Origin: Chlamydiia bacterium | Lineage (GTDB): Bacteria > Chlamydiota > Chlamydiia > Chlamydiales > 2-12-FULL-49-11 | Direction of reading: 5' to 3' | DNA length: 64,000 nt | NCBI GenBank assembly: GCA_044359535.1 | Contig: JBIKLZ010000002.1 | Location: forward strand, 42,479-106,478 | Shown: positions 19,097 through 28,890 of the stretch, piece after piece | Position numbering within the stretch: the stretch's first letter is position 1 | Layout: every line of letters starts with the position of its first letter | Notes under the pieces: generated by a model | What the model saw: the letters and a program-made list of their open reading frames with translations, nothing else | The model's database searches: none | What the model was told of the DNA's origin: nothing | Translations under genes and position numbers: made by a program

Positions 19097-20149
19097 TTAG
19101 AAAATGATTCCAAACAAAGCGGTAAGTCCTTGCATAGAATAGTTTCCTGAAAGGCCCATTTGATTGCCTGGGGTATAAAATCCCATATGGCTAAACCACG
19201 TTTGCATTTCCCAAGAAAGATCAAAAAAAACAGAGAGATCTTTCAAAGGGCAGTTAAGTTTAATTCCAAGTTGCTGACTAAACATGGGCTCAACAGACCA
19301 TAGATGATCTTGAATATTGAAGGAAGATAAAGAACTTCCGGTGGGGGTATCTTGGTATTGCCAAAAATCTTTTTTAGCAAGGTTGATTGAGGAGGCCACT
19401 TTTAAAAAAAGGAAGGTGTTTTTGATCCATGTATATCCAAGTTCAACGCCACCATAAGGGCCAATACACCACCAGTACATCGTATTATCAACTGTGTAGG
19501 GTAAAAAATCTGAAGGGGATAGTTGAATATGTGCATCGATCTGTAGATGGGAGGTTTCCCAAGCACCAATAACCCCTCCAAATGGGGTAAAGATGAAATC
19601 GGGAGAAATGGCAAGACTTCGGTCTAATGTTCCCCTTAAGCAGTTGAATTGATTTGTATATCTAGAGTTAAGGGTCGCAATCGTTGTATATGAACCTTCT
19701 ATCCAAGGAGAGACATAGCTGTTTGATGGGTTCAAAGGAGTAAAAGAATAGGGTGGGGCGTTATAAAACCAAGTGTAGCCAGCTGAGCATTTCCAATCAT
19801 CAAAATGAAGGTATTTGGCTACCTCTACTTGAAAACCACTTTTTCCACTAAAGGAGGGGGTGACTGTATTGATGAAAGATAAAGTGTTAGATCCTTGAGG
19901 AAAAGGAGAATTTGCAAGGATGAGTCCTTCTATATATGGAACCCAGTAGGTGTATGAAAGGGAAAAAATAAAGGAGGCTTGCTCATCTCTTCTGTAATAG
20001 GGCCTTGGAATAGATAGGGCATTTCTATTGAGAAGCTTGCCATTTTCAGGGGTAAAATGGGGCTTTTTAGTGTTGCCAGAAAAGAGAAATGAGGGTGAAC
20101 AAAAAAGAACAAGGAAAAGAAATCGATTTAAGTGAACAAGGGGATTCAT
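19097..20149 (-). CDS. MOMP-like (Lpg1974/Legionella MOMP-type) porin
   Basis: YTYWVPYIEG, SGF, DDW, IGPYGG, WEMQTWFSH, GNYSMQGL, terminal Phe. Confidence 0.8.
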   Translation of the reverse strand: MNPLVHLNRFLFLVLFCSPSFLFSGNTKKPHFTPENGKLLNRNALSIPRPYYRRDEQASFIFSLSYTYWVPYIEGLILANSPFPQGSNTLSFINTVTPSFSGKSGFQVEVAKYLHFDDWKCSAGYTWFYNAPPYSFTPLNPSNSYVSPWIEGSYTTIATLNSRYTNQFNCLRGTLDRSLAISPDFIFTPFGGVIGAWETSHLQIDAHIQLSPSDFLPYTVDNTMYWWCIGPYGGVELGYTWIKNTFLFLKVASSINLAKKDFWQYQDTPTGSSLSSFNIQDHLWSVEPMFSQQLGIKLNCPLKDLSVFFDLSWEMQTWFSHMGFYTPGNQMGLSGNYSMQGLTALFGIIF

Positions 20150-20217
20150 GAAGCTCCAAACAGCGATTACAAAACTATATTTTTAACTATATAACTTTGT
20201 CAATAGGAATCCAAGAA

Positions 20218-21216
20218 CTAAAAGGAAAGTGTAGCGGATGCAGAAAGTCCCTGCATTGAATAGTTCCCCATGACGCCCATTGGATTTGAATAGCTTTGAA
20301 AGCCATTATGAGAAAAATAGGTTTGCAGTTGCCATGCAACGTCAAAGCAAAGGGCCCATTGCGTCCAAGATAGGTTTTGGCGCAATCCAAGGAGAATCTC
20401 AATCATCGGTTCAACATTGTAAAAGCAATCCTTTTGATTGAAGGCGTAATCTGAGTGCTCACTCCCTGATTGAAAAAGAGTATGATTTGCTAAAAGTAAC
20501 GCTCCAGAAGGGGTTACATAAAAAGATGAGCTCCTTGTGAAGAAAAAGGCTGTCTCTGCCCCTCCATAGGGGCCTATTGCCCACCATGACTGCTTCCAAG
20601 TATCCTCATTATAAGCGCTAGAGATGATCCCATTTTGATCCAGTATTTGAGTTTCCCATGCCCCTAAAAGGCCCATTGAAGGGGAGAATGTAAAATAGTT
20701 GCCAAGATAAAATGAACGATCAAGTGTACCGTCAATTCTGTTGAAATTGCTTTTCCAACGACTTTCTATGTAATGAGCAGTTCCAGTTTCTAAAGGATCA
20801 AAGGTTAGGCGATAGGATTGATCTATATTTTGCCTTCCATAGGAAAAAAAGCCTGGGTTGAAAAACCATGTATACTCCAAAGAAGCGGTCCAATCATCAT
20901 GGGGAGTGTGTACCCCAAGAGCCACTTTGAAGCCGCTACACTCTTTTGTCCTTGGTCTAAGGACATTTCCCCTTTCCACATCGCTTGTATTCCCTGAAAA
21001 AGCAATGGCATTGCCTTCTTGATATGGGACCCAAAGTGTGTAAGCTCCTTCAACAAAAAAACCAAAATCAAGGTGAGAAGGGGTGGATATGGGCATGTAT
21101 GAGGGCGTTTTTTGATCTAAAAAGGGAGGCTCAGTACCAAAAAGTGAACAAGGGTGAATGCAACTTAAAAAAGACCAAAGAAGAAAAAAATTCTTTATTG
21201 GAGTTATTGCTCTCAT
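20218..21216 (-). CDS. MOMP-like porin
   Basis: YTLWVPYQEG, SGFKVALG, FNRIDG, IGPYGG, GNYSMQGL, terminal Phe; start moved to MRAITP. Confidence 0.82.
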   Translation of the reverse strand: MRAITPIKNFFLLWSFLSCIHPCSLFGTEPPFLDQKTPSYMPISTPSHLDFGFFVEGAYTLWVPYQEGNAIAFSGNTSDVERGNVLRPRTKECSGFKVALGVHTPHDDWTASLEYTWFFNPGFFSYGRQNIDQSYRLTFDPLETGTAHYIESRWKSNFNRIDGTLDRSFYLGNYFTFSPSMGLLGAWETQILDQNGIISSAYNEDTWKQSWWAIGPYGGAETAFFFTRSSSFYVTPSGALLLANHTLFQSGSEHSDYAFNQKDCFYNVEPMIEILLGLRQNLSWTQWALCFDVAWQLQTYFSHNGFQSYSNPMGVMGNYSMQGLSASATLSF

Positions 21217-21331
21217 AGTTTTACCTCTTGATTTAGATCTTTTAAAATTTGAATAAGGATACTTTGTATTTCTAATTGTGTCAATAAAGTTCGCTCGTAA
21301 TTTGAGTAAAGTACATGTAAACGGGAGGGGT

Positions 21332-21369
21332 AAAAAAAACACACTTATCTCTAGATAAATGTGTTTTTT
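21332..21369 (-). terminator. Intrinsic terminator after the first MOMP-like gene
   Basis: Minus strand AAAAAACACATTTATC-TAGA-GATAAGTGTGTTTTTTTT. Confidence 0.7.
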
Positions 21370-21400
21370 GATCAAGACTTATATAAAGCGTATCTATTTA

Positions 21401-22408
21401 TTAGAAGCTTACTTTTACAGAAGCTGTTAAACCTTGCATTGAGTAGTTCCCCATAACTCCCATTGGGTTGTTATAGTTTTGAAACCCATTGTGCGAGAAG
21501 TAGGTTTGCATATCCCAAGCTAGGTCGATGCATAGCGCCCAATCTGTCCAGAATGAATCCCAACGAAGTCCAAGCATAGATTCAATCATTGGCTCAACAT
21601 TGTAGAAATTATCCTTTAAGTTGTAGCTAAGACCGCCTCCTTGAAGCTCATACTGAGTTAGGCTATGGTTAGAAAGAAGCAATGAAGCCCCAGATGTGAT
21701 GTAAAGAGCCCACTCGTTTGTGAAGTAAAAAGCCCCTTCAGTTCCTGCATAAGGCCCAATTCCCCACCATGATTGCTCCCAATTCACAGTGTCTGTTTGG
21801 ACAGTTGATCCATTTGCATTTTGTACTAGATTTAGGTTTTGAGTTTCCCAAGCACCTAAAAGACCTAACCAAGGGCGAAATGTCAAGTAGTGGCCTGCAT
21901 AAAATGTTCTATCAAGTTGTCCATCAATTCTATTGAATTGAGTTTTCCATTGGGATTGTATTGGAGAAAGTGTGTCTACTTCTGTTGAATCGTAAGTAGG
22001 TAAGTATCCCCCTTCTGTTTGTAATGAATTATACTGCAATGTTGCTGGATTGTAGAACCAAGCATAGTTTAATGCAACCATCCATCCATCATGCATTGTG
22101 TTTGCACCAATTCCAACTTTAAATCCACTTACACCTGTAACATTAGGTCGAATAACGTTCCCTGGCTCAGCATTTGCTGCGTTTCCTGAAAAAGCAATGT
22201 TATTGCCCTCTTGGTATGGAACCCAATAGGTATAGGCTGCTTGGATAAAAAATGCAAGAGCATCATCGCCCCCTGGATTTTTAGCCGGAGCAACTGAGTA
22301 TTGAGCTTTTGGTGTCATAGTATTTGTATCATCTGCAAAAACTGAAGTTACACTTAAGCAACTAGCTAATGCAAACAAAGGCAAAAATTTTTTTAGTTTA
22401 GTATTCAT
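21401..22408 (-). CDS. MOMP-like porin, probably the main expressed copy
   Basis: Clear signal peptide, SD-like AAGGA/GGAG, own terminator, same motifs as neighbours, terminal KVSF. Confidence 0.85.
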   Translation of the reverse strand: MNTKLKKFLPLFALASCLSVTSVFADDTNTMTPKAQYSVAPAKNPGGDDALAFFIQAAYTYWVPYQEGNNIAFSGNAANAEPGNVIRPNVTGVSGFKVGIGANTMHDGWMVALNYAWFYNPATLQYNSLQTEGGYLPTYDSTEVDTLSPIQSQWKTQFNRIDGQLDRTFYAGHYLTFRPWLGLLGAWETQNLNLVQNANGSTVQTDTVNWEQSWWGIGPYAGTEGAFYFTNEWALYITSGASLLLSNHSLTQYELQGGGLSYNLKDNFYNVEPMIESMLGLRWDSFWTDWALCIDLAWDMQTYFSHNGFQNYNNPMGVMGNYSMQGLTASVKVSF

Positions 22409-22646
22409 TCCCTTTATTCTCCCATTTAATTAGGTTCTTTTTGTTTAGTTTAAAAAAACATTGATCTTTTAAAACATTGGAATAAGAATATCTTTCTATT
22501 TAAAAACTGTCAATCTTTTTTACCTAAAAATCCTTATCTTAATTAAGGGAATGTTTTTGCATGCCTCTTAAGACAAGAACAGACAAGGATTTCAAGTGAA
22601 ACGATCTTTGTATATTTTTCAAAAAATGTACTCAAAATAAGGTCAT

Positions 22647-23468
22647 TTAATTGAATAGAAGATTCATTTTATCAATCCAAGCAATGGAATACTCACTTAA
22701 TTTATTGGTAAGGACATACCAGCCAGCCCAAAGAAGGGTGAGACCAAGGAGAGATTTTAAGGGCATACCTAAAAAGGAAATCTGAACGTTTGGGGCTAAG
22801 CGATTAGCTATTCCAAGAAAGGCTTCAGCCATTAAAATGGCAAGAAGTGCCGGCGCAGATAGTTGAATGGAGATTTTAAATACTTGGTTCATAAGATCGA
22901 TGATTTGAAGCCAAAGAACGTTATGTTTATCATAGAAGGCAAGGGGCAAAAATCCATCGACGGGAAGGATATTAAAGGAGTTTTCAACAGCAGAAAAAAA
23001 CAGTAATGGCCCCCCTAGAGAAAAAAACAGGACCACAAGGTAGTAATTCATAAAAATACCGATGGTTGAAACTTGAGTTTGAGTTGTTGCATCTTGCCCC
23101 ATCATACTGGATGCTCCACGGGCAAAGTCAATAAAAATACCGGCGCTTTGCGCGATGAAAAAGGGGACAGAGGATAAAAAACCAAGTAAGAAACCAATCA
23201 TAATTTCCTTTAAAGAAAAGAGGATAAGGTAGGATTGAAGGGTAGAAAAATCGGTGGTGCTATTAAAAATAATTGTTGGGAGAAGGACCAATGTTAATGA
23301 CATTGCAAGGGCAACTCTTGCCGGTGCGGGAACAAGTTTTGCTCCTAAAAATGGGGCAATAGAACAAATGGTTGCAAGGCGCATAAAGGCTAAAAGAAGG
23401 AGTAACAATAACTGGTTGTAGTCAATGTTTTTGATGTTTGCAATTAGATTGAGAAAGCTATCATCCAT
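22647..23468 (-). CDS. sctT: Type III secretion export apparatus protein SctT
   Basis: APFLGAKLVP, KEIMIG, AGIFIDFARG, NRLAPNVQISFLGMPLK. Confidence 0.95.
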   Translation of the reverse strand: MDDSFLNLIANIKNIDYNQLLLLLLLAFMRLATICSIAPFLGAKLVPAPARVALAMSLTLVLLPTIIFNSTTDFSTLQSYLILFSLKEIMIGFLLGFLSSVPFFIAQSAGIFIDFARGASSMMGQDATTQTQVSTIGIFMNYYLVVLFFSLGGPLLFFSAVENSFNILPVDGFLPLAFYDKHNVLWLQIIDLMNQVFKISIQLSAPALLAILMAEAFLGIANRLAPNVQISFLGMPLKSLLGLTLLWAGWYVLTNKLSEYSIAWIDKMNLLFN

Positions 23469-23475
23469 AACATTG

Positions 23476-23745
23476 TTATATACCCCATTTATAGAAGTTT
23501 AGAAAAATCGCATTTGCAAACTGAACAATTTGTCCAGCTAAAAATCCACCCATAATAAAGAGAGTAAAGATGACAGCGACCAATTTGATTGTAAAAGAAA
23601 GGGTTTGTTCTTGAATTTGCGTTGCAGCTTGAAAAATAGCTACTGTAAGACCAAAAATCATGCTGATTAAAATAGGGGGGCCAGAAAGAATTAAGATCAG
23701 TAACAGTGCTCGATAGGCTAATTGGACAACCTCTGCTTGAAACAT
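23476..23745 (-). CDS. sctS: Type III secretion export apparatus protein SctS
   Basis: FQAATQIQEQTLSFTIKL. Confidence 0.96.
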   Translation of the reverse strand: MFQAEVVQLAYRALLLILILSGPPILISMIFGLTVAIFQAATQIQEQTLSFTIKLVAVIFTLFIMGGFLAGQIVQFANAIFLNFYKWGI

Positions 23746-23751
23746 ATACTT

Positions 23752-24549
23752 TTACCTATAGGATAAGACAATACCTTCTACAAGTAGTGTCCATCCATCG
23801 ATCATCACTAAAAGTAAAAGCTTTAAAGGGAGGGCAATAGTTAAGGGAGACAACATCATCATCCCCATTGCTAATAAAATATTTGAGGTCACAAGATCGA
23901 TGACAAAGAAGGGTAAATAAATTAAAACCCCAATTTCAAAGGCCCCTTTGACTTGTGAGGTGATGTAAGAGGGGATTAAAACAATGAAATCCTTAGTTTT
24001 AAGTTGATCTTGATAGGAAGGGGGAAACTTTTTTTTCGCAAGTTTATAGAAATATTCCCTGTGTTTTGGAGAACAATTTTTTGTTAAAAAAACCCTTAAG
24101 GGTTCCTTTGTTTTTTCTGCAATGCCGACAATGTATTGAGCAGTTTGAGCGGTGAAAACCTCACCCCCCTTGGGCGCATTATTCTGAATATAGTTTTGAC
24201 CCGCTTCATACATAGCAAGCCCTGTAGGAAACATCACATAAACGGCCATTAAAATGGCAATGCCATTAATCACTTGGTTAGGAGGGGAGTTTTGAACCCC
24301 TAAAGCTTGACGAAGTAGGGACAAAACAATGACCATTTTTAAAAATGAGGTAAGGAGCATTACCGCATAGGGCATAAGGGTCATTGCTGCAATAACAGCT
24401 ACTTGAGTGACAACAGTAGGTTGTTTTACAGCAGAGGTTTGTTCTACTTGAGGAGAAAAGTCTCCCCCTTCTCCAAAAAGAGCTAAAGGGGCACACATAA
24501 ATCCAATAATGAGAAAAATTAAAAATGGTTTTGATTTAAAAAAGGCCAT
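23752..24549 (-). CDS. sctR: Type III secretion export apparatus protein SctR
   Basis: LRQALGVQNSPPNQV, AFEIGVLIYLPFFVIDL, MGMMMLSP, DGW. Confidence 0.97.
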   Translation of the reverse strand: MAFFKSKPFLIFLIIGFMCAPLALFGEGGDFSPQVEQTSAVKQPTVVTQVAVIAAMTLMPYAVMLLTSFLKMVIVLSLLRQALGVQNSPPNQVINGIAILMAVYVMFPTGLAMYEAGQNYIQNNAPKGGEVFTAQTAQYIVGIAEKTKEPLRVFLTKNCSPKHREYFYKLAKKKFPPSYQDQLKTKDFIVLIPSYITSQVKGAFEIGVLIYLPFFVIDLVTSNILLAMGMMMLSPLTIALPLKLLLLVMIDGWTLLVEGIVLSYR

Positions 24550-24601
24550 AACTTACCTTTATACCTTATCTGGATTATAATCTCAAATAGATTGAATTAA
24601 A

Positions 24602-25222
24602 TTACTCTGTTTTAAGTGTTTTTTTAAGAGCATTTTCTAAAGCAATATACTGATTTTCAAGGTTGGCGTTAAGAATTCCTTTTTCTGTTTGAATAATGCA
24701 CCCCCCCTTTTCAACATCTTTGCGCTCTTCAATTGTAAAGATCTCGATCCTTTCAAATAGTTGCTGAAGATCTAGTTTTTTTTCTTCAAGGACAGCAAGG
24801 TCAGCTTTATTGACAAAAAGTTTCACTTGATGGCTTCCTGATACTGCTTTTATGGCCTTTGTCACCACATCAACGATCATCTCTGGAAAGTTATTTAGCC
24901 CCTCTCCTACAATTTGTCTTGTTGTTTGCATAACTAAGGGGAGGATGGCCTTTTGAAGTTCATGACGAAGCGTTTTAATCCTGTCATCAAAATAAAGGAT
25001 GTGGGTGTTGTAAGGCTCTAACCCCTCTTCAAAGCCCTTTTTATACGCACTTTCATGAATTGCTTTTGCTTCTAAATGGGCTTTTTCAATAATAGCCTTA
25101 GCTTCTTTTTGAGCCTCTTCTAGAAGGGTTATGGAAGCTATGACCGCTTCAAAATCCTTTTTCGGGATTTTGTTCTTCCCTGCATGGACTTTTAACGATT
25201 CATTGATTGTGAATAGGTGCAT
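24602..25222 (-). CDS. sctL: Type III secretion stator protein SctL (YscL/FliH family)
   Basis: AYKKGFEEG, GGCIIQTEKGILNA; synteny; start moved to MHLFTI. Confidence 0.9.
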   Translation of the reverse strand: MHLFTINESLKVHAGKNKIPKKDFEAVIASITLLEEAQKEAKAIIEKAHLEAKAIHESAYKKGFEEGLEPYNTHILYFDDRIKTLRHELQKAILPLVMQTTRQIVGEGLNNFPEMIVDVVTKAIKAVSGSHQVKLFVNKADLAVLEEKKLDLQQLFERIEIFTIEERKDVEKGGCIIQTEKGILNANLENQYIALENALKKTLKTE

Positions 25223-26052
25223 AAAAATCTCCACGTGGTAAGGATATCTTCTTCCCAATTGTAGTAATCAATTGAAAAGAGGTGTTTTTGTTTGAGCAAC
25301 TGGTTGACTTGATCACTGATCTTTTTTGGAACAAAGTAGGTGATCAAAAAATGATATTGGGAGGGCATTGAATAAATCCCTTGAACAAAGCGGTAGATCC
25401 CCCTTTCTAAAATGAATTCTTTCAGTTGATCTTTATCTCCATTGTATCGTTCTAAGTAGATAGGAAAAATTGATTTTGCAGAAGTTGCTGAAAGGGTGTT
25501 TAAAAAGGTGACCTCTTGAGGAGAAAAAGCCTGTTGAAGTTCTTTTAGGGTTTTTTTAGAAAGGAGTGTTTTGACTTCAATAGCAATATCAAAAAGCCCA
25601 AGGTAGTGAATTAAGGTTTCAAGGGCAACCCCTGTATCTCCAAGAATTTCTATCAGCGGGTGGAAAGGATAGTAGGTAGGGGGGGGAAATCCTATCAAGG
25701 CTTTTTCAAAAAGGGTGTGTAAAACAGCATCAGAAAATTTTTTAGAAGTTAAGTGTCTAAAGATTGTGGCCTCTTTTGAAAATTGGAGTTGTTTATACTC
25801 AGGGAAGGCAGCGATATAAAAAGATTTTTCTGATGGACTCACCAAGGCTAGAAAGTCTATGAAATGAGAGATATGAATTCTTCGTGCAAGTTTTTCAATG
25901 GTCAAAGAAATAGGGAGGATGTGTTGGGAGACAGAGCTTTCTTTAAGAGCTGATTGAAGAGTCTCCGGAAGAAAAGATGTAAGGGAAGCTCTTTTTTCTT
26001 TAGAAAGGGATGCAAATTTAAAATGCAGTGCAAGGACATTTTGTCGATCCAT
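25192..26052 (-). CDS. Chlamydial T3SS protein between sctJ and sctL (CT560/SctK-like)
   Basis: Position and size in the sctJ-x-sctL operon; LIHYLGLFDIAIEV segment. Confidence 0.65.
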   Translation of the reverse strand: MDRQNVLALHFKFASLSKEKRASLTSFLPETLQSALKESSVSQHILPISLTIEKLARRIHISHFIDFLALVSPSEKSFYIAAFPEYKQLQFSKEATIFRHLTSKKFSDAVLHTLFEKALIGFPPPTYYPFHPLIEILGDTGVALETLIHYLGLFDIAIEVKTLLSKKTLKELQQAFSPQEVTFLNTLSATSAKSIFPIYLERYNGDKDQLKEFILERGIYRFVQGIYSMPSQYHFLITYFVPKKISDQVNQLLKQKHLFSIDYYNWEEDILTTWRFLCTYSQSMNR

Positions 26053-26987
26053 TATGACTCGTTGCTTGTAGACTCAGAAGAGGGTTTTTGCGGGAGTTGG
26101 GGCTCTTGAATATTTTGACTAAAAGGGGCAATGGTTAATAATTTTTTAAAACCATCGCCACTTCTTAAAATGGGATATATTTTCCATACAAGCCATCCAA
26201 GAGCTGTTGCAAGGAGAAGAACTATGACCATAAGAAAGAAGAAAAAGAGTCTAAATTTCCCTGTGGAGCTTTTATTCATGATGATGGACCAAATTTTTAC
26301 TTGTTCATCGCCATGAGAGGCAGTGTAAAGGGTTAAAGGGTTGCTCGGAGAAACGTCAGTAAAACGGGATTTATCAGAGACAACGGTAACATCGTCAATA
26401 GATAGATTTTGAACACTTCCTGAGACAAGGCGCTTAATTTTTAGGACAAGGTGATTGTTAGGTTCATCCATTACCCCTTGATGTTTAACAAACACAGCCG
26501 CTGTAGGTTTTTGAGCAACACCTCCATCAGTTAGGGATTCTCCGCTATCTGGAAAGGAAAGTTGGACATTTGCATAAATGACCCCATCGATCATAGAGAT
26601 GACATTTGCAATTTGCTGAGAAAGACCTGCTTGATATCGAATGGTCTCCTCTTTGTCAGTAGACATAAAACTGCTTTTCCCAAAAAGGTCTAAAAGGGTG
26701 GTTCCTTGTTTTTGAGGGAGACCGTTTTGGTTTAATAAGGCCATAGCTTCGACACTTTTATTTGATGGGACCTCTAGGTTAAATTTTGCTGCAGAGCTAT
26801 CAGATCCAGCACCTGTACTTGCAACGCTTATTTTTGACGCAAGGATCCCTTTGCTTGAAAGAAAAACAATGATGACATTGGCATCTTTTTCACTTAAATT
26901 ATTAAGGATAACGTCTTTTCCCCCTGAGCACGAAAAGAATAAGGAGGGGAGAATAAAAAAAAGAATCAAAAGGGATTGTTTGCGCAT
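26052..26987 (-). CDS. sctJ: Type III secretion inner membrane ring lipoprotein SctJ
   Basis: Lipobox FFSC, LSEKDANVI, IDGVIYANVQLSFP, IKRLVSGSVQNL, C-terminal TM. Confidence 0.95.
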   Translation of the reverse strand: MRKQSLLILFFILPSLFFSCSGGKDVILNNLSEKDANVIIVFLSSKGILASKISVASTGAGSDSSAAKFNLEVPSNKSVEAMALLNQNGLPQKQGTTLLDLFGKSSFMSTDKEETIRYQAGLSQQIANVISMIDGVIYANVQLSFPDSGESLTDGGVAQKPTAAVFVKHQGVMDEPNNHLVLKIKRLVSGSVQNLSIDDVTVVSDKSRFTDVSPSNPLTLYTASHGDEQVKIWSIIMNKSSTGKFRLFFFFLMVIVLLLATALGWLVWKIYPILRSGDGFKKLLTIAPFSQNIQEPQLPQKPSSESTSNES

Positions 26988-27234
26988 AGTTAGATCACTT
27001 TAAAAAAATAGGACTTAATTGTAGCACACCCTTAATAAGTATGCACTATAAATTTGTAATAGCAGAGGGGGACAAAAATAGCAAATAGATAGTCAGAAAT
27101 GAAAGAAAGAAAAAAAAACATCGATGAGACATTTCATAAAAGCGATAGTCTCTATATTTTATAGAAAAATCAAGGGGGAGAATATTTTTGTGTAAAAAAT
27201 CTAACAACTTTACATTATAGAGTTCTGAGGGACT

Positions 27235-27990
27235 ATGGGACAAAAAACAACCACCTTTTTATCAACTCTTTATGACTTTTGGTCCCCCTATATGGATAAA
27301 GATGAGTACCTATTTTACCACCGCTTGATCGTTAAACAGGGGGGAAAAGCCTTAGAACTTTTTTGTGGAAGTGGGCGCCTTCTTTTACCTTTTGTTAAAG
27401 AAGGATTAGGAGTTTCTGGGATCGAATGCTCTTTAGAATTGATGACTTTATTAAAACAAAGGGCTTTAGAAGTGAATCTAGAGGTCGATGTTTCCTTAAT
27501 GAAACTTGACGAATTAGAAATTAAAGGGGAATTTGATCTTATCTATTCAAGTTTAGGATCTTTTCAGATGATTTCTGACAGAGACGATGCAGTAAGGCTT
27601 TTGTCAAAGCTTTATACAAGTCTTAGGGAAGATGGAGTGCTATCAATTGCCCTTTTCCTCCCTTGGACGGGGGTTAACTTTGCTACAGATCATTGGGTGA
27701 TAGCCTCTGATCTAAAAGATGCAAGAACAAAGCAACGGTATATTCGGAGAGAAAAAAGTCATCACGATCAGGTAAATCAAGTGATTACAGGAAAAATACG
27801 ATATGAAACATGGCTTAAAAAAGATCTTTTAGAGATGGTGGAAAAACAGCTTTTTTTGCGGTGGTATAGTCAGTTTGAATTTAGATCTTTATTAAGTGAG
27901 GCAGGGTTTAAACAGATTGAACTGATTCGCTCTTATAGTGAAAGTGCACCAGCTAAGGAGGCATTTATGTTATTTCTTGGCAAAAAATAA
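27235..27990 (+). CDS. Class I SAM-dependent methyltransferase
   Basis: ALELFCGSGRLL, FDLIY, LSEAGF. Confidence 0.85.
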   Translation: MGQKTTTFLSTLYDFWSPYMDKDEYLFYHRLIVKQGGKALELFCGSGRLLLPFVKEGLGVSGIECSLELMTLLKQRALEVNLEVDVSLMKLDELEIKGEFDLIYSSLGSFQMISDRDDAVRLLSKLYTSLREDGVLSIALFLPWTGVNFATDHWVIASDLKDARTKQRYIRREKSHHDQVNQVITGKIRYETWLKKDLLEMVEKQLFLRWYSQFEFRSLLSEAGFKQIELIRSYSESAPAKEAFMLFLGKK

Positions 27991-28030
27991 CATTCATAAA
28001 GTCCCCCTGTGCAGTGGCTAAAAAGATCTA

Positions 28031-28059
28031 TTGACTCATCTTGAGCAAAAATGTATGCT
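28031..28059 (+). promoter_or_regulatory. Putative sigma66/70 promoter of parA-pGP6D
   Basis: TTGACT-17 nt-TATGCT. Confidence 0.55.
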
Positions 28060-28092
28060 ACATTTTCTTGATTTCTTTCTTTGGAGAATTGT

Positions 28093-28890
28093 ATGTACAC
28101 AATCGCTTGCTGTAGTTTTAAAGGTGGAACAGCAAAAACATCTACCATTTTACATTTAGGGGTTTTTTTAGCAAAAAAATTTCAGAAAAAGGTGTTGCTG
28201 ATTGATTTTGATGCGCAGGCAAACTTAAGTACAGGCCTTGGATTTAGCTCCGATGACGATGATACAATGGTCTCTGTCTTAAGAGAGGAAAAAACGATGC
28301 TTGAGGTCATTAAGCATACCCACATCCCTGGGCTTGATATTGTTCCTGCAAATGTCTATTTAGATGGAGTTGAGGCAACAACCCCTATTGTTAATGATCT
28401 TTATGGTCATGAGAGGTTAAGACGCGCTATTAAAGGGTTGGATTACGATTTTGTCTTTATCGACACCCCCCCTAGTTTAGGGTGGCTTACACAAAGTGCC
28501 TTTTTTGCTTCTAATTATTCGTTAATTGCCGCTGTTCCAGAACCATACAGTATTTTAGCTTTAAACCGTTTACAAGAGTACCATGAAAAAATAGGGGGGC
28601 ATCACAGCCTTGAAATCTTAGGGGTGGTTCTTTCCTTTTGGGATGAACGGGGAGCTACCAATCAAGCCTATGTCAATGCTATTGATGTAGCCTTCCCTGG
28701 AAAATTGTTTACAACAAAAATTCGGAGAGATATTTCTGTTTCAAGAAGTGTCTTAAGGGGAAAACCTGTCTGTGATGTCTATCCAGAATCTAGAGCAGCC
28801 TATGATTATGAAAGACTTGCCGCAGAATTAATACGTAGGGTTACAGGGGAAAAAGAGCAAAAAAAGTCGTTGGAGGCAATGTATGTCTAA
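28093..28890 (+). CDS. parA: ParA-family ATPase (chromosomal pGP5-D / CT582-like)
   Basis: SFKGGTAKTST, LIDFDAQANL, IDTPPSLGWLT; start moved to MYTIACC. Confidence 0.9.
   Translation: MYTIACCSFKGGTAKTSTILHLGVFLAKKFQKKVLLIDFDAQANLSTGLGFSSDDDDTMVSVLREEKTMLEVIKHTHIPGLDIVPANVYLDGVEATTPIVNDLYGHERLRRAIKGLDYDFVFIDTPPSLGWLTQSAFFASNYSLIAAVPEPYSILALNRLQEYHEKIGGHHSLEILGVVLSFWDERGATNQAYVNAIDVAFPGKLFTTKIRRDISVSRSVLRGKPVCDVYPESRAAYDYERLAAELIRRVTGEKEQKKSLEAMYV

Noticed and set aside
19097-22408. Repeated 3' ends of the OMP genes as diversity-generating retroelement TR/VR or recent gene-conversion cassettes
   Set aside because: Differences between copies are mostly synonymous third-position changes, not adenine-specific, and there is no reverse transcriptase in the window
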